This document shows positions 22,051 through 32,355 of a stretch of DNA of 64,000 nucleotides, one piece after another. This DNA is from Escherichia coli (GTDB lineage Bacteria; Pseudomonadota; Gammaproteobacteria; Enterobacterales; Enterobacteriaceae). Made by a program: the position numbers and the translations under genes. How positions within the stretch are numbered: position 1 is the first letter of the stretch; each line of letters opens with the position of its first letter. Location of the stretch: the NCBI RefSeq assembly GCF_013122565.1, contig NZ_CP053258.1; one strand, 5' to 3'. Below the pieces are notes generated by a model. That model saw only the letters and a list, made by a program, of their open reading frames with translations. It did not search any database and was not told where the DNA came from.

Positions 22051-23415
22051 TTAGTCACACTGGACTTTGATTGCCAGACCACCGCGTGAGGTTTCGCGGT
22101 ATTTGGCGTTCATGTCCTTACCGGTTTCGTACATCGTTTCGATGACCTTATCCAGCGAGACGCGCGGTGCACTGGTGCGGCGCAGAGCCATCCGTGCGGC
22201 GTTAATCGCCTTCACAGAGGCAATGGCATTACGCTCAATGCACGGCACCTGAACCTGCCCTGAAACCGGGTCGCAGGTTAAACCAAGGTTGTGTTCCATG
22301 CCAATTTCCGCCGCCACGCAAACCTGTTCCGGGCTACCGCCCAGCAGTTCTGCAAGACCCGCAGCAGCCATTGAACAGGCAACACCCACTTCGCCCTGGC
22401 AACCAACTTCCGCACCGGAAATAGAGGCGTTCATTTTATACAATGCACCAATCGCGCCCGCTGCCATAAAGTAACGGGTATAGATGTCCGGGCTGACCGA
22501 TTCAATAAAGTGGTCATAGTAAGCCAGCACTGCCGGAACGATACCGCAGGCACCGTTGGTTGGCGCAGTTACCACACGACCACCGGCGGCGTTTTCTTCG
22601 TTAACTGCCAGCGCAAACATGTTTACCCAGTCAATGACATTCATCGGATCGTTAGACAGTTTATCGCTGGAAACCAGCATCCGGCGCAGGGCAGACGCAC
22701 GACGTGGCACGCGCAGCGGGCCTGGCAGTACACCTTCGGTGTTCATCCCGCGATCGATACATGCCTGCATGGTTTGCCAGACATGCGCGAAATACTCGTC
22801 GATCTCTTTCTTGCTGTGCAGCGCCAGTTCGTTCTGCATAGCGAGACCAGACAGCGAATAGCCGGTTTCATTACAGTACGCGAGCAGTTCGGTGGCAGAT
22901 TTGAACGGATACGGCACGCTCACTTCGTTGGCAGCATCCTGACCAAAGTGTTCTTCATCGACGATAAAACCGCCGCCGATGGAATAATAAGTTTTGCTGT
23001 AGACGACTTCATCGCCGTTATAGGCGTGGATTTGCATACCGTTTTCATGCAGCGGCAGGTTGCCGTTATGAAAACGCATCCCGTTGTCGCGCGGGAAATC
23101 CACTTCATGCTGTCCCTGTGCCAGCAGCAGACGTTCGCGCTCTTCTACGTCGCGAATAAAACCGGGAATACTGTCGATATCCACGGTGGCAGGTTCGTTA
23201 CCTGCAAGACCCATAATAATGGCGATATCGGTGTGGTGGCCTTTACCCGTCAGCGACAGTGAACCATAAACGTCCACGGCAACGCGAGTAATGCTATCCA
23301 GTAAGCCTTTTTCGACCAGATCATCGACGAACTGTTTACCTGCCTTCATAGGCCCTACGGTATGGGAAGATGAGGGACCAATCCCCACCTTAAACATGTC
23401 GAATAGACTAATCAC
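22051..23415 (-). CDS. sdaA: L-serine deaminase I SdaA (4Fe-4S)
   Basis: ORF track, 454 aa ([26 protein letters not shown]...). Recognised. Confidence 0.97.
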   Translation of the reverse strand: MISLFDMFKVGIGPSSSHTVGPMKAGKQFVDDLVEKGLLDSITRVAVDVYGSLSLTGKGHHTDIAIIMGLAGNEPATVDIDSIPGFIRDVEERERLLLAQGQHEVDFPRDNGMRFHNGNLPLHENGMQIHAYNGDEVVYSKTYYSIGGGFIVDEEHFGQDAANEVSVPYPFKSATELLAYCNETGYSLSGLAMQNELALHSKKEIDEYFAHVWQTMQACIDRGMNTEGVLPGPLRVPRRASALRRMLVSSDKLSNDPMNVIDWVNMFALAVNEENAAGGRVVTAPTNGACGIVPAVLAYYDHFIESVSPDIYTRYFMAAGAIGALYKMNASISGAEVGCQGEVGVACSMAAAGLAELLGGSPEQVCVAAEIGMEHNLGLTCDPVSGQVQVPCIERNAIASVKAINAARMALRRTSAPRVSLDKVIETMYETGKDMNAKYRETSRGGLAIKVQCD

Positions 23416-23598
23416 GATAATACTCCTGACAAGGTGACTGGACTTCCAGTAACGAACTAATAACAGCGCATAGTGTAAGAGGGAACGCGGCGACTGGCTT
23501 AACTATTCACATGAATTAAACTAATCAAAAACCGCGATTTAACTAATATTGCGATGATTGTCTCAAGTAGTGTTTTGTAGATGTAAAGATAAGTATAG

Positions 23599-24177
23599 TC
23601 AGGGTTTCACACCAATTTGCAGCGCCAGCTCACGAATTATGCCTGCGGTCATTCCCCATACAAAATACTGTTCGTACCAGGACAGCCATACCCGATGTGA
23701 ATCGCCACGGCGGTAGATATCTAAAGGGTGATAACGACCCAGATGTAATGCCTGGGCGAGCGGCATTTCAAACACCGCCGAGACTTCATCTTCACTGGCG
23801 CGATACGGCAGATCGGGCGGGATAATGCCGACCACTGGGGTTACCTGGTAGCCAGTTACGCTATCGACGGGCGGCAGCACGCCGATAACTTCAACGGCGG
23901 AAGGCGGTATAGCAACCTCTTCTTCAGCTTCGCGCAGCGCGGCGGCGATAACTGATGCGTCCGTGTCATCGACTGCACCTCCAGGGAATGCCACTTGTCC
24001 AGCGTGTTTACGCAGATGAATTGAACGCTGAGTCAGCAACAACCCCGGTTGCGGTCGACGGACGATGGGGATTAACACGGCAGCCTGACGATGATTTAGG
24101 GTTTCCCGGTTAATTTGCGGGCGCAAAAGTTGAAAGCGCGATAAAAAATCATCAAGCGTCAGGCTACGGTATTCCAC
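23599..24177 (-). CDS. nudL: Nudix CoA pyrophosphohydrolase NudL (YeaB)
   Basis: ORF track, 192 aa. Nudix box ([25 protein letters not shown]). Starts 3 nt after the pabB stop. Confidence 0.92.
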
Positions 24178-24180
24178 GTC

Positions 24181-25542
24181 TTACTTCTCCAGTTGCTTCA
24201 GGATACGATTAACTTTATCAAAAGTTTCCTGATATTCCGCTTCTTCCTGGCTATCGGCGACAATTCCACCGCCCGCAGAGCAGAAAATTTGTCCGTTAAT
24301 GGCAGTCAGCGTGCGGATAGTAATGCTGGTGTCCATGTTGCCGCAAAAGCTCAAATAGCCAATGCTGCCGCACCAGGCATTGCGTCGCTGCGGTTCCAGT
24401 TCGTCGATAATTTCCATAGCCCGTACTTTCGGAGCCCCGGTTATTGAACCACCAGGAAAAGCTGCGCGCAGCAGATCGCTGGCGTGTAACTGTTCTGGTA
24501 GTCGCGCCGTTATGGTGCTGACCAGATGATGCACGGCAGGGAAGGGTTCCACCACGAACAGCTCTGGTACTTTTACCGAACCTGCTACGGCAACACGACC
24601 GATATCATTACGCATTAAATCGACAATCATCAGATTTTCGGCACGATCTTTCGCTGAGTTCGCCAGTTTTTCTGCTTGTTTGCTATCCTCCTGAGGATCG
24701 GGCAGGCGCGGTAGCGTGCCTTTAATAGGGCGGGTCTGGATTTCACTATTATCACAAAGAATAAACCGCTCTGGCGAAAGGCTTAAAATTGCACCCTGTT
24801 CAAGACGTAAAAAAGCGCTAAATGGCGCGCGGTTGGCCTGATTAAGCTGAAGGAATGCCTGCCATTCATCGCCAGAATAGGTCGCATGAAAACGCTGGGC
24901 GAGATTCACCTGATAGCAATCACCGCTGTGCAGATATTCCTGTACCTGGCGAAATTTTTCGCCGTACTGCTCGCGGGTCATATTGGATTGCCAGTCGGAA
25001 GTGAGCGTGAAATCTTCCTGCGGGGAGAATTGCTGGCTTTCCAGCCAGACCCGACGGGCATTGACATCATTATGACTCAGCAAAGAAACTGTTTGACGCT
25101 GGTGGTCGACAATGAGCGCCCAATCGTAGATACCCACTGCCATATCGGGCAGAACGATATCTTGTTCCGCAATTTCTGGCATTGACTCAAAACGGCGACC
25201 CAGATCGTAGCCAAACAACCCCAGCGCGCCGCCCTGAAATGGCAAATCTTCGTTATGCGCTGGGCGGATGTCTGCGCGATCCAGCACCCGCTGTAGCACC
25301 TGTAGCGGGTCATCTGTAGTCGTTGTGCGTTTTTCGCCTTCACTAACAACGGTTTCTTTACCGGAAGTGGTTAAAGTGCAAATCGGCTCGGCGACCACAA
25401 TATCAAAGCGACTATGCGGATGTTTGGCATAGCCGGAGTGTAACAACATCGCCCACGGCAGGTGGCTTAAGCGGGAGAAATAAAATTCAGCGGCGTCCTG
25501 ACGCCAGGGTAAAGTAATCACAGCGGGAGATAACGTCTTCAT
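24181..25542 (-). CDS. pabB: Aminodeoxychorismate synthase component I PabB
   Basis: ORF track, 453 aa (MKTLSPAVITLPWRQDAAEFYFSRLSHLPWAMLLHSG...). Recognised. Confidence 0.97.
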   Translation of the reverse strand: MKTLSPAVITLPWRQDAAEFYFSRLSHLPWAMLLHSGYAKHPHSRFDIVVAEPICTLTTSGKETVVSEGEKRTTTTDDPLQVLQRVLDRADIRPAHNEDLPFQGGALGLFGYDLGRRFESMPEIAEQDIVLPDMAVGIYDWALIVDHQRQTVSLLSHNDVNARRVWLESQQFSPQEDFTLTSDWQSNMTREQYGEKFRQVQEYLHSGDCYQVNLAQRFHATYSGDEWQAFLQLNQANRAPFSAFLRLEQGAILSLSPERFILCDNSEIQTRPIKGTLPRLPDPQEDSKQAEKLANSAKDRAENLMIVDLMRNDIGRVAVAGSVKVPELFVVEPFPAVHHLVSTITARLPEQLHASDLLRAAFPGGSITGAPKVRAMEIIDELEPQRRNAWCGSIGYLSFCGNMDTSITIRTLTAINGQIFCSAGGGIVADSQEEAEYQETFDKVNRILKQLEK

Positions 25543-25615
25543 CAGTCCTGACTCTACTGGCTATGTGCCGGGTAGCATGAAATAATTAGCGCCAACAATT
25601 TAGCAGGAGTTAACA

Positions 25616-25795
25616 ATGTTTGCAGGTTTACCTTCACTCACCCATGAACAGCAGCAAAAAGCTGTCGAGCGGATCCAGGAACTGATGGCACAAGGGATGA
25701 GCAGCGGCCAGGCAATCGCGTTGGTGGCAGAAGAGCTGCGTGCCAACCATTCCGGCGAGCGAATCGTGGCGCGTTTTGAGGATGAAGACGAGTAA
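25616..25795 (+). CDS. yoaH: UPF0181 small protein YoaH (59 aa)
   Basis: Read directly from DNA: AGGAG-N6-ATG 25616, [59 protein letters not shown]-stop. Below the track cutoff. The 66-aa minus-strand ORF here is its shadow. Confidence 0.88.
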
Positions 25796-25853
25796 CACAC
25801 TAATCCGTATTGATTTCGTTATACAAGCCGATGATTATTTGATTGTGAGAAAA

Positions 25854-25886
25854 AGGACGCTTTTTATATGTGATTAAAAGCGTCCT
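25854..25886. terminator. Hairpin between convergent yoaH and yoaC
   Basis: 10-bp stem aggacgcttt/aaagcgtcct with a 13-nt loop. A/T runs on both sides are built into the stem. Confidence 0.5.
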
Positions 25887-25914
25887 GACCCATTTATGCT
25901 GATATAAATTTAAC

Positions 25915-26214
25915 TCAGACCAGTGCTTTTAGTTCTTCCTGCATATATGTTGAAAAGTATTCAGGATTTTTAATCACAGAGCGTTCACCTGTCTCCATTT
26001 TTTTTGCCCATCCAACCATTTTTTCCGTGAACCCAGGGTTCCAGCCTTCCTGGTCAGCTCGCGCCGTAATATCAGCGGCACTCGCGGGTACTCCCAGTTC
26101 TTTTAAATATTTAAAGATTCCCTTCGCCGTGCTTTCATTCATCGAACTTGGTGTTGGCGCTGATACATCCATGGCACCAATGAAATCCAGGGCTTTATCT
26201 ATTACAGCAGGCAT
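25915..26214 (-). CDS. yoaC: DUF1889 protein YoaC
   Basis: ORF track 25915..26274. Start trimmed to ATG 26214 (MPAVIDKALDFIGAMDVSAPTPSS...), giving 99 aa as in K-12. Confidence 0.85.
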   Translation of the reverse strand: MPAVIDKALDFIGAMDVSAPTPSSMNESTAKGIFKYLKELGVPASAADITARADQEGWNPGFTEKMVGWAKKMETGERSVIKNPEYFSTYMQEELKALV

Positions 26215-26635
26215 ATTCTTATCCTTAAAATTAACCATGTTATCGATAAGGCTATATATGACCTTAATTTGCATCTAATATCAAAGGGATTATAACGATA
26301 TGGCACGAGTTAACCTGTTGACATTCAGGTGTTTTAAAGGTAGCAGCTCATGGTGTGTTATCCAGTAAGATGGAGAAAATTAACGGTCAGTCCGCACGCT
26401 ATAACCAGATTGTTCAGCTAAGAAAGAAAACCAGAGTTGCTAATCAAAGGGCGAACACAACGGCATAGTTATGTTTATTTATATAGTTAGTTTTATAGAT
26501 AAAATTGAAATTATAAAAATAAATAATGAATTAGCAGAAGCATCAACAGTAATATCTTATTCTCTGGTCGATTTATGTAAAACCGACCAGTATTATCGAT
26601 AAATTATCGTCTGACTTATTTTGCTTCGATAAAGC

Positions 26636-26980
26636 TTACACCGCAGCCACAATCTTAATTTCAACTTTATACTTCGGGTTCATCAAACCCGCTTGTACCG
26701 TGCAGCGCACCGGCGCATGACCCGCGACAACCCAGGCATCCCACGCTTTATTCATCGCCGCGAAGTCGTTTTTATCGGCCAGGAAAATGGTGGCATCCAG
26801 AATGCTCGATTTATTGCTGCCCTGTTTTTCCAGCACGGCGTCAATCTGCGCCAGCGTGTTGGCGGTTTGCTCAAAGGCATCGGCGTCGAGGTTTTCCGGT
26901 ACACCAGTGTAGTAGAGCGTGTTGTTGTGGATTACTACATCAGACCAGCGGGCTTCAGCATCGATACGAACGATAGTCAT
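26636..26980 (-). CDS. yoaB: RidA/YjgF-family protein YoaB
   Basis: ORF track 26636..27028. Start trimmed to ATG 26980 (MTIVRIDAEARWSDVVIHNNTLYYTG...), giving 114 aa. GAGGA lies upstream. Confidence 0.88.
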   Translation of the reverse strand: MTIVRIDAEARWSDVVIHNNTLYYTGVPENLDADAFEQTANTLAQIDAVLEKQGSNKSSILDATIFLADKNDFAAMNKAWDAWVVAGHAPVRCTVQAGLMNPKYKVEIKIVAAV

Positions 26981-27111
26981 CATTTTGTCCTCATTATACT
27001 TCCATTTTCGTGCTGCAAAGACTGCCACAATGTGAGGTCGCCGTCATCACTTCAACTGGCGAAAGCGCCCTCATCCTGACATAATCCCTGTTCAAATCAA
27101 CAGGGGGTAGT

Positions 27112-29022
27112 GTGACGGACGATTTTGCACCAGACGGTCAGCTGGCGAAAGCGATACCAGGCTTTAAGCCGCGAGAACCACAGCGACAGATGGCGGTAGC
27201 CGTCACCCAGGCGATAGAAAAAGGCCAGCCGCTAGTGGTGGAAGCAGGAACCGGTACGGGCAAAACCTACGCTTACCTGGCCCCTGCGCTGCGGGCGAAA
27301 AAGAAAGTCATTATCTCGACCGGCTCAAAAGCGTTGCAGGATCAGCTCTACAGCCGCGATTTGCCAACGGTCTCAAAGGCGTTGAAATACACGGGCAACG
27401 TGGCGTTGCTGAAAGGGCGCTCAAACTATCTCTGCCTCGAACGTCTCGAACAGCAGGCGCTGGCGGGCGGCGATCTGCCGGTACAAATCTTAAGCGATGT
27501 GATCCTCCTGCGCTCCTGGTCCAATCAAACAGTCGATGGCGATATCAGCACCTGCGTCAGCGTGGCGGAAGATTCGCAGGCGTGGCCGCTGGTCACCAGC
27601 ACCAACGACAACTGTCTTGGCAGCGACTGCCCGATGTATAAAGATTGCTTTGTGGTCAAAGCACGTAAAAAAGCGATGGACGCCGATGTGGTGGTGGTAA
27701 ACCATCATCTCTTTCTGGCGGATATGGTGGTTAAAGAGAGTGGATTTGGCGAGTTGATCCCGGAAGCGGACGTCATGATCTTCGACGAAGCCCACCAGCT
27801 ACCGGACATTGCCAGCCAGTATTTTGGTCAGTCACTCTCCAGTCGACAACTGCTCGACCTGGCAAAAGACATCACCATCGCCTACCGCACCGAATTAAAA
27901 GACACCCAGCAGTTACAAAAGTGCGCTGATCGTCTTGCCCAGAGTGCGCAGGATTTTCGTCTGCAACTCGGTGAACCAGGTTATCGCGGTAACCTGCGTG
28001 AGCTGTTAGCTAATCCGCAAATTCAGCGGGCATTTTTACTGCTCGATGACACCCTGGAACTTTGTTATGACGTGGCGAAACTGTCACTGGGGCGTTCCGC
28101 GTTGCTGGATGCGGCATTTGAACGCGCCACGTTATATCGCACGCGACTCAAACGGCTAAAAGAGATCAATCAACCGGGCTATAGCTATTGGTACGAATGC
28201 ACTTCGCGCCATTTTACTCTGGCTCTCACACCGCTCAGCGTGGCGGATAAATTCAAAGAGTTAATGGCGCAAAAACCAGGTAGCTGGATCTTTACCTCAG
28301 CAACGCTGTCGGTGAACGACGATCTGCATCATTTCACCTCGCGACTTGGCATCGAACAGGCAGAGTCGTTGCTGTTACCCAGCCCCTTTGATTACAGCCG
28401 TCAGGCGTTACTCTGTGTGCCGCGCAACCTGCCGCAAACCAATCAACCGGGCTCCGCACGGCAACTGGCGGCAATGCTGCGACCGATCATCGAAGCTAAC
28501 AACGGTCGTTGTTTTATGCTTTGTACCTCGCACGCCATGATGCGCGATCTGGCCGAGCAGTTCCGCGCCACCATGACGCTTCCCGTTTTGTTGCAGGGGG
28601 AAACTAGCAAAGGGCAACTGTTGCAGCAATTTGTCAGCGCCGGTAACGCGCTTCTTGTGGCAACCAGTAGTTTCTGGGAAGGGGTGGACGTGCGTGGCGA
28701 TACATTGTCATTGGTGATTATCGACAAATTGCCGTTTACCTCGCCGGATGATCCACTGTTAAAAGCGCGCATGGAAGATTGCCGTTTGCGTGGTGGTGAC
28801 CCGTTCGATGAAGTGCAGCTGCCGGATGCGGTCATTACTCTCAAGCAGGGAGTAGGGCGACTGATTCGCGACGCCGACGATCGCGGGGTTTTGGTGATTT
28901 GTGACAATCGGCTGGTGATGCGCCCTTACGGCGCGACGTTTCTCGCCAGTCTGCCGCCAGCGCCGCGCACCCGTGACATTGCCCGTGCGGTTCGTTTCCT
29001 TGCGATACCATCCTCCAGGTAA
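27112..29022 (+). CDS. yoaA: DinG-family Fe-S DNA helicase YoaA
   Basis: ORF track, 636 aa, GTG start. Walker A (AGTGTGKT), DEAH box (FDEAHQL), Cys cluster. Recognised as YoaA. Confidence 0.94.
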   Translation: MTDDFAPDGQLAKAIPGFKPREPQRQMAVAVTQAIEKGQPLVVEAGTGTGKTYAYLAPALRAKKKVIISTGSKALQDQLYSRDLPTVSKALKYTGNVALLKGRSNYLCLERLEQQALAGGDLPVQILSDVILLRSWSNQTVDGDISTCVSVAEDSQAWPLVTSTNDNCLGSDCPMYKDCFVVKARKKAMDADVVVVNHHLFLADMVVKESGFGELIPEADVMIFDEAHQLPDIASQYFGQSLSSRQLLDLAKDITIAYRTELKDTQQLQKCADRLAQSAQDFRLQLGEPGYRGNLRELLANPQIQRAFLLLDDTLELCYDVAKLSLGRSALLDAAFERATLYRTRLKRLKEINQPGYSYWYECTSRHFTLALTPLSVADKFKELMAQKPGSWIFTSATLSVNDDLHHFTSRLGIEQAESLLLPSPFDYSRQALLCVPRNLPQTNQPGSARQLAAMLRPIIEANNGRCFMLCTSHAMMRDLAEQFRATMTLPVLLQGETSKGQLLQQFVSAGNALLVATSSFWEGVDVRGDTLSLVIIDKLPFTSPDDPLLKARMEDCRLRGGDPFDEVQLPDAVITLKQGVGRLIRDADDRGVLVICDNRLVMRPYGATFLASLPPAPRTRDIARAVRFLAIPSSR

Positions 29023-29079
29023 TTTGTTACGGAGTATGGTATGATGCGCGCCTTTTTATTGATCTAAGCACGAAGACCC

Positions 29080-29775
29080 ATGCGAATTCTGGCTATCGAT
29101 ACCGCGACAGAGGCCTGCTCTGTCGCCCTGTGGAACGACGGTACTGTCAACGCTCATTTTGAGCTTTGCCCTCGTGAACATACTCAACGAATTTTACCGA
29201 TGGTGCAGGATATCCTGACCACCAGCGGAACTTCCCTGACTGACATAAACGCTCTGGCATACGGGCGCGGCCCCGGTAGCTTTACCGGCGTGCGCATTGG
29301 TATTGGCATTGCGCAAGGGCTGGCACTTGGCGCAGAGCTACCGATGATTGGCGTCTCCACGCTAATGACGATGGCGCAAGGGGCGTGGCGCAAAAACCGC
29401 GCAACACGCGTGCTGGCAGCCATTGACGCGCGAATGGGCGAAGTTTACTGGGCCGAATATCAGCGTGATGAGAACGGTATCTGGCACGGTGAAGAAGCCG
29501 AAGCCGTACTCAAACCCGAACTCGTTCATGAACGGATGCAACAGCTTTCCGGCGAATGGGTGACGGTAGGGACGGGCTGGCAAGCCTGGCCGGATCTCGG
29601 TAAAGAGAGCGGGCTGGTTTTGCGCGATGGCGAAGTGTTACTCCCCGCTGCAGAAGATATGCTGCCGATTGCTTGTCAGATGTTTGCCGAGGGTAAAACG
29701 GTGGCGGTGGAACATGCCGAACCGGTTTATTTACGTAACAACGTCGCATGGAAGAAACTTCCGGGCAAAGAATGA
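29080..29775 (+). CDS. tsaB: tRNA t6A37 biosynthesis protein TsaB (YeaZ)
   Basis: ORF track, 231 aa ([21 protein letters not shown]...). Recognised. Confidence 0.96.
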   Translation: MRILAIDTATEACSVALWNDGTVNAHFELCPREHTQRILPMVQDILTTSGTSLTDINALAYGRGPGSFTGVRIGIGIAQGLALGAELPMIGVSTLMTMAQGAWRKNRATRVLAAIDARMGEVYWAEYQRDENGIWHGEEAEAVLKPELVHERMQQLSGEWVTVGTGWQAWPDLGKESGLVLRDGEVLLPAAEDMLPIACQMFAEGKTVAVEHAEPVYLRNNVAWKKLPGKE

Positions 29776-29814
29776 ATCTTAAGAGTATGCCCTGAGAAAA
29801 AAAGGAGTCGCATC

Positions 29815-30396
29815 ATGGCGGTTCAAAAGAATGTTATCAAAGGCATACTGGCAGGTACGTTTGCGCTAATGCTGAGCGGTTGTGTCACTGTGCCGGACGC
29901 CATTAAAGGCAGCAGTCCCACGCCGCAACAAGATTTAGTTCGGGTGATGAGTGCGCCGCAGCTGTACGTTGGTCAGGAGGCACGCTTTGGTGGCAAAGTG
30001 GTTGCGGTACAAAACCAGCAAGGGAAAACCCGCCTGGAAATTGCTACCGTACCGCTGGACAGCGGAGCCAGACCGACGCTGGGAGAACCTTCTCGCGGTC
30101 GCATTTATGCCGATGTGAACGGTTTTCTGGACCCGGTGGATTTCCGTGGACAACTGGTTACGGTAGTCGGGCCAATCACTGGTGCGGTTGACGGCAAAAT
30201 CGGCAATACGCCCTATAAATTTATGGTGATGCAAGTAACGGGTTACAAACGTTGGCATTTAACCCAGCAGGTGATTATGCCGCCTCAGCCGATTGATCCA
30301 TGGTTTTATGGTGGTCGTGGCTGGCCCTATGGCTACGGTGGATGGGGCTGGTATAATCCCGGCCCCGCGAGAGTACAAACAGTTGTAACTGAATAA
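29815..30396 (+). CDS. yeaY: Slp-family outer-membrane lipoprotein YeaY
   Basis: ORF track, 193 aa. Lipobox LSGC at residues 20-23. W/G/Y-rich C-terminal tail. Recognised as YeaY. Confidence 0.9.
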
Positions 30397-30417
30397 TTGC
30401 TTGTTTTTAAAGAAAAA

Positions 30418-30442
30418 GAAACAGCGGCTGGTCCGCTGTTTC
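30418..30442 (+). terminator. yeaY terminator hairpin, overlapping the distal FadR operator of fadD
   Basis: 10-bp stem gaaacagcgg/ccgctgtttc with loop ctggt. The embedded GGCTGGTCCGCTGTTTC (30426-30442) resembles the FadR consensus (CTGGTCCGAC.TGTT). Confidence 0.5.
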
Positions 30443-30510
30443 TGCATTCTTACGGTAAAGATAAAAATAAATAGTGACGCGCTTCGCAACCTTTTCGTTG
30501 GGTAATTATC

Positions 30511-30527
30511 AAGCTGGTAAGATGAGT
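30511..30527 (+). promoter_or_regulatory. Candidate proximal FadR operator in the fadD promoter
   Basis: AGCTGGTAAGATGAGTT resembles the FadR box. It lies 85 bp from the distal candidate, matching the roughly 86-bp spacing I recall for the two fadD operators. Confidence 0.45.
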
Positions 30528-30600
30528 TAATATTATGTTAACAACATGTTTATCACTTGGGGTTGCGATGACGACGAACACGCATTTTAGAGGTGAAGAA

Positions 30601-32286
30601 TTGAAGAAGGTTTGGCTTAACCGTTATCCCGCGGACGTTCCGACGGAGATCAACCCTGACCGTTATCAATCTCTGGTAGATATGTTTGAGCAGTCGGTCG
30701 CGCGCTACGCCGATCAGCCTGCGTTTGTGAATATGGGGGAGGTGATGACCTTCCGCAAGCTGGAAGAACGCAGTCGCGCGTTTGCCGCTTATTTGCAACA
30801 AGGGTTGGGGCTGAAGAAAGGCGATCGCGTTGCGTTGATGATGCCTAACTTATTGCAATATCCGGTGGCGCTGTTTGGCATTTTGCGTGCCGGGATGATC
30901 GTCGTAAACGTTAACCCGTTATATACCCCGCGAGAGCTTGAGCATCAGCTTAACGATAGCGGCGCATCGGCGATTGTTATCGTGTCTAACTTTGCTCACA
31001 CACTGGAAAAAGTGGTTGATAAAACCGCCGTTCAGCACGTAATTCTGACCCGTATGGGCGATCAGCTATCTACGGCAAAAGGCACGGTAGTCAATTTCGT
31101 TGTTAAATACATCAAGCGTCTGGTGCCGAAATACCATCTGCCAGATGCCATTTCATTTCGTAGCGCCCTGCATAACGGCTACCGGATGCAGTACGTCAAA
31201 CCCGAACTGGTGCCGGAAGATTTAGCCTTCCTGCAATACACCGGCGGCACCACAGGTGTGGCTAAAGGCGCGATGCTGACTCACCGCAATATGCTGGCGA
31301 ACCTGGAACAGGTCAACGCCACCTATGGGCCGTTGCTGCATCCAGGTAAAGAACTGGTAGTAACGGCGCTGCCGCTGTATCACATTTTTGCCCTGACCAT
31401 TAACTGCCTGCTGTTTATCGAACTGGGTGGGCAGAACCTGCTTATCACTAACCCGCGTGATATTCCAGGGTTGGTAAAAGAGTTAGCGAAATATCCGTTT
31501 ACCGCTATCACTGGCGTTAACACCTTGTTCAATGCGTTGCTGAACAATAAAGAGTTCCAGCAGCTGGATTTCTCCAGTCTGCATCTTTCCGCAGGCGGAG
31601 GGATGCCTGTTCAGCAAGTGGTGGCAGAACGTTGGGTGAAACTGACCGGACAGTATCTGCTGGAAGGCTATGGCCTGACCGAGTGTGCGCCGCTGGTCAG
31701 CGTTAACCCGTATGATATTGATTATCATAGTGGCAGCATCGGTTTGCCGGTGCCGTCGACGGAAGCCAAACTGGTGGATGATGATGATAATGAAGTACCA
31801 CCGGGTCAACCGGGTGAGCTTTGTGTCAAAGGACCGCAGGTGATGCTGGGTTACTGGCAGCGTCCGGATGCTACAGATGAGATCATCAAAAATGGCTGGT
31901 TACACACCGGCGACATCGCGGTAATGGATGAAGAAGGATTCCTGCGCATTGTCGATCGTAAAAAAGATATGATTCTGGTTTCCGGTTTTAACGTCTATCC
32001 TAACGAGATTGAAGATGTCGTCATGCAGCATCCTGGCGTACAAGAAGTCGCGGCTGTTGGCGTACCTTCCGGCTCCAGTGGTGAAGCGGTAAAAATCTTT
32101 GTAGTGAAAAAAGATCCATCGCTTACCGAAGAGTCACTGGTGACTTTTTGCCGCCGTCAGCTCACGGGCTACAAAGTACCGAAGCTGGTGGAGTTTCGTG
32201 ATGAGTTACCGAAATCTAACGTCGGAAAAATTTTGCGACGAGAATTACGTGACGAAGCGCGCGGCAAAGTGGACAATAAAGCCTGA
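30601..32286 (+). CDS. fadD: Long-chain fatty acyl-CoA synthetase FadD
   Basis: ORF track 30535..32286. Start set to the TTG at 30601 ([24 protein letters not shown]...), giving 561 aa as in K-12. AMP-binding motif [12 protein letters not shown]. Confidence 0.93.
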
Positions 32287-32305
32287 GCGTTAAGTCAGTC
32301 GTCAG

Positions 32306-32331
32306 ACGCCGGTTAATCCGGCGTTTTTTTT
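32306..32331 (+). terminator. fadD terminator, which is also the stem-loop plus U8 element of the rnd leader
   Basis: Stem acgccgg/ccggcgt with loop ttaat, followed by 8 T. Lies 20 nt after the fadD stop and 25 nt before the rnd UUG start. Confidence 0.8.
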
Positions 32332-32355
32332 GACGCCCACTAAAGAGAATACAAT

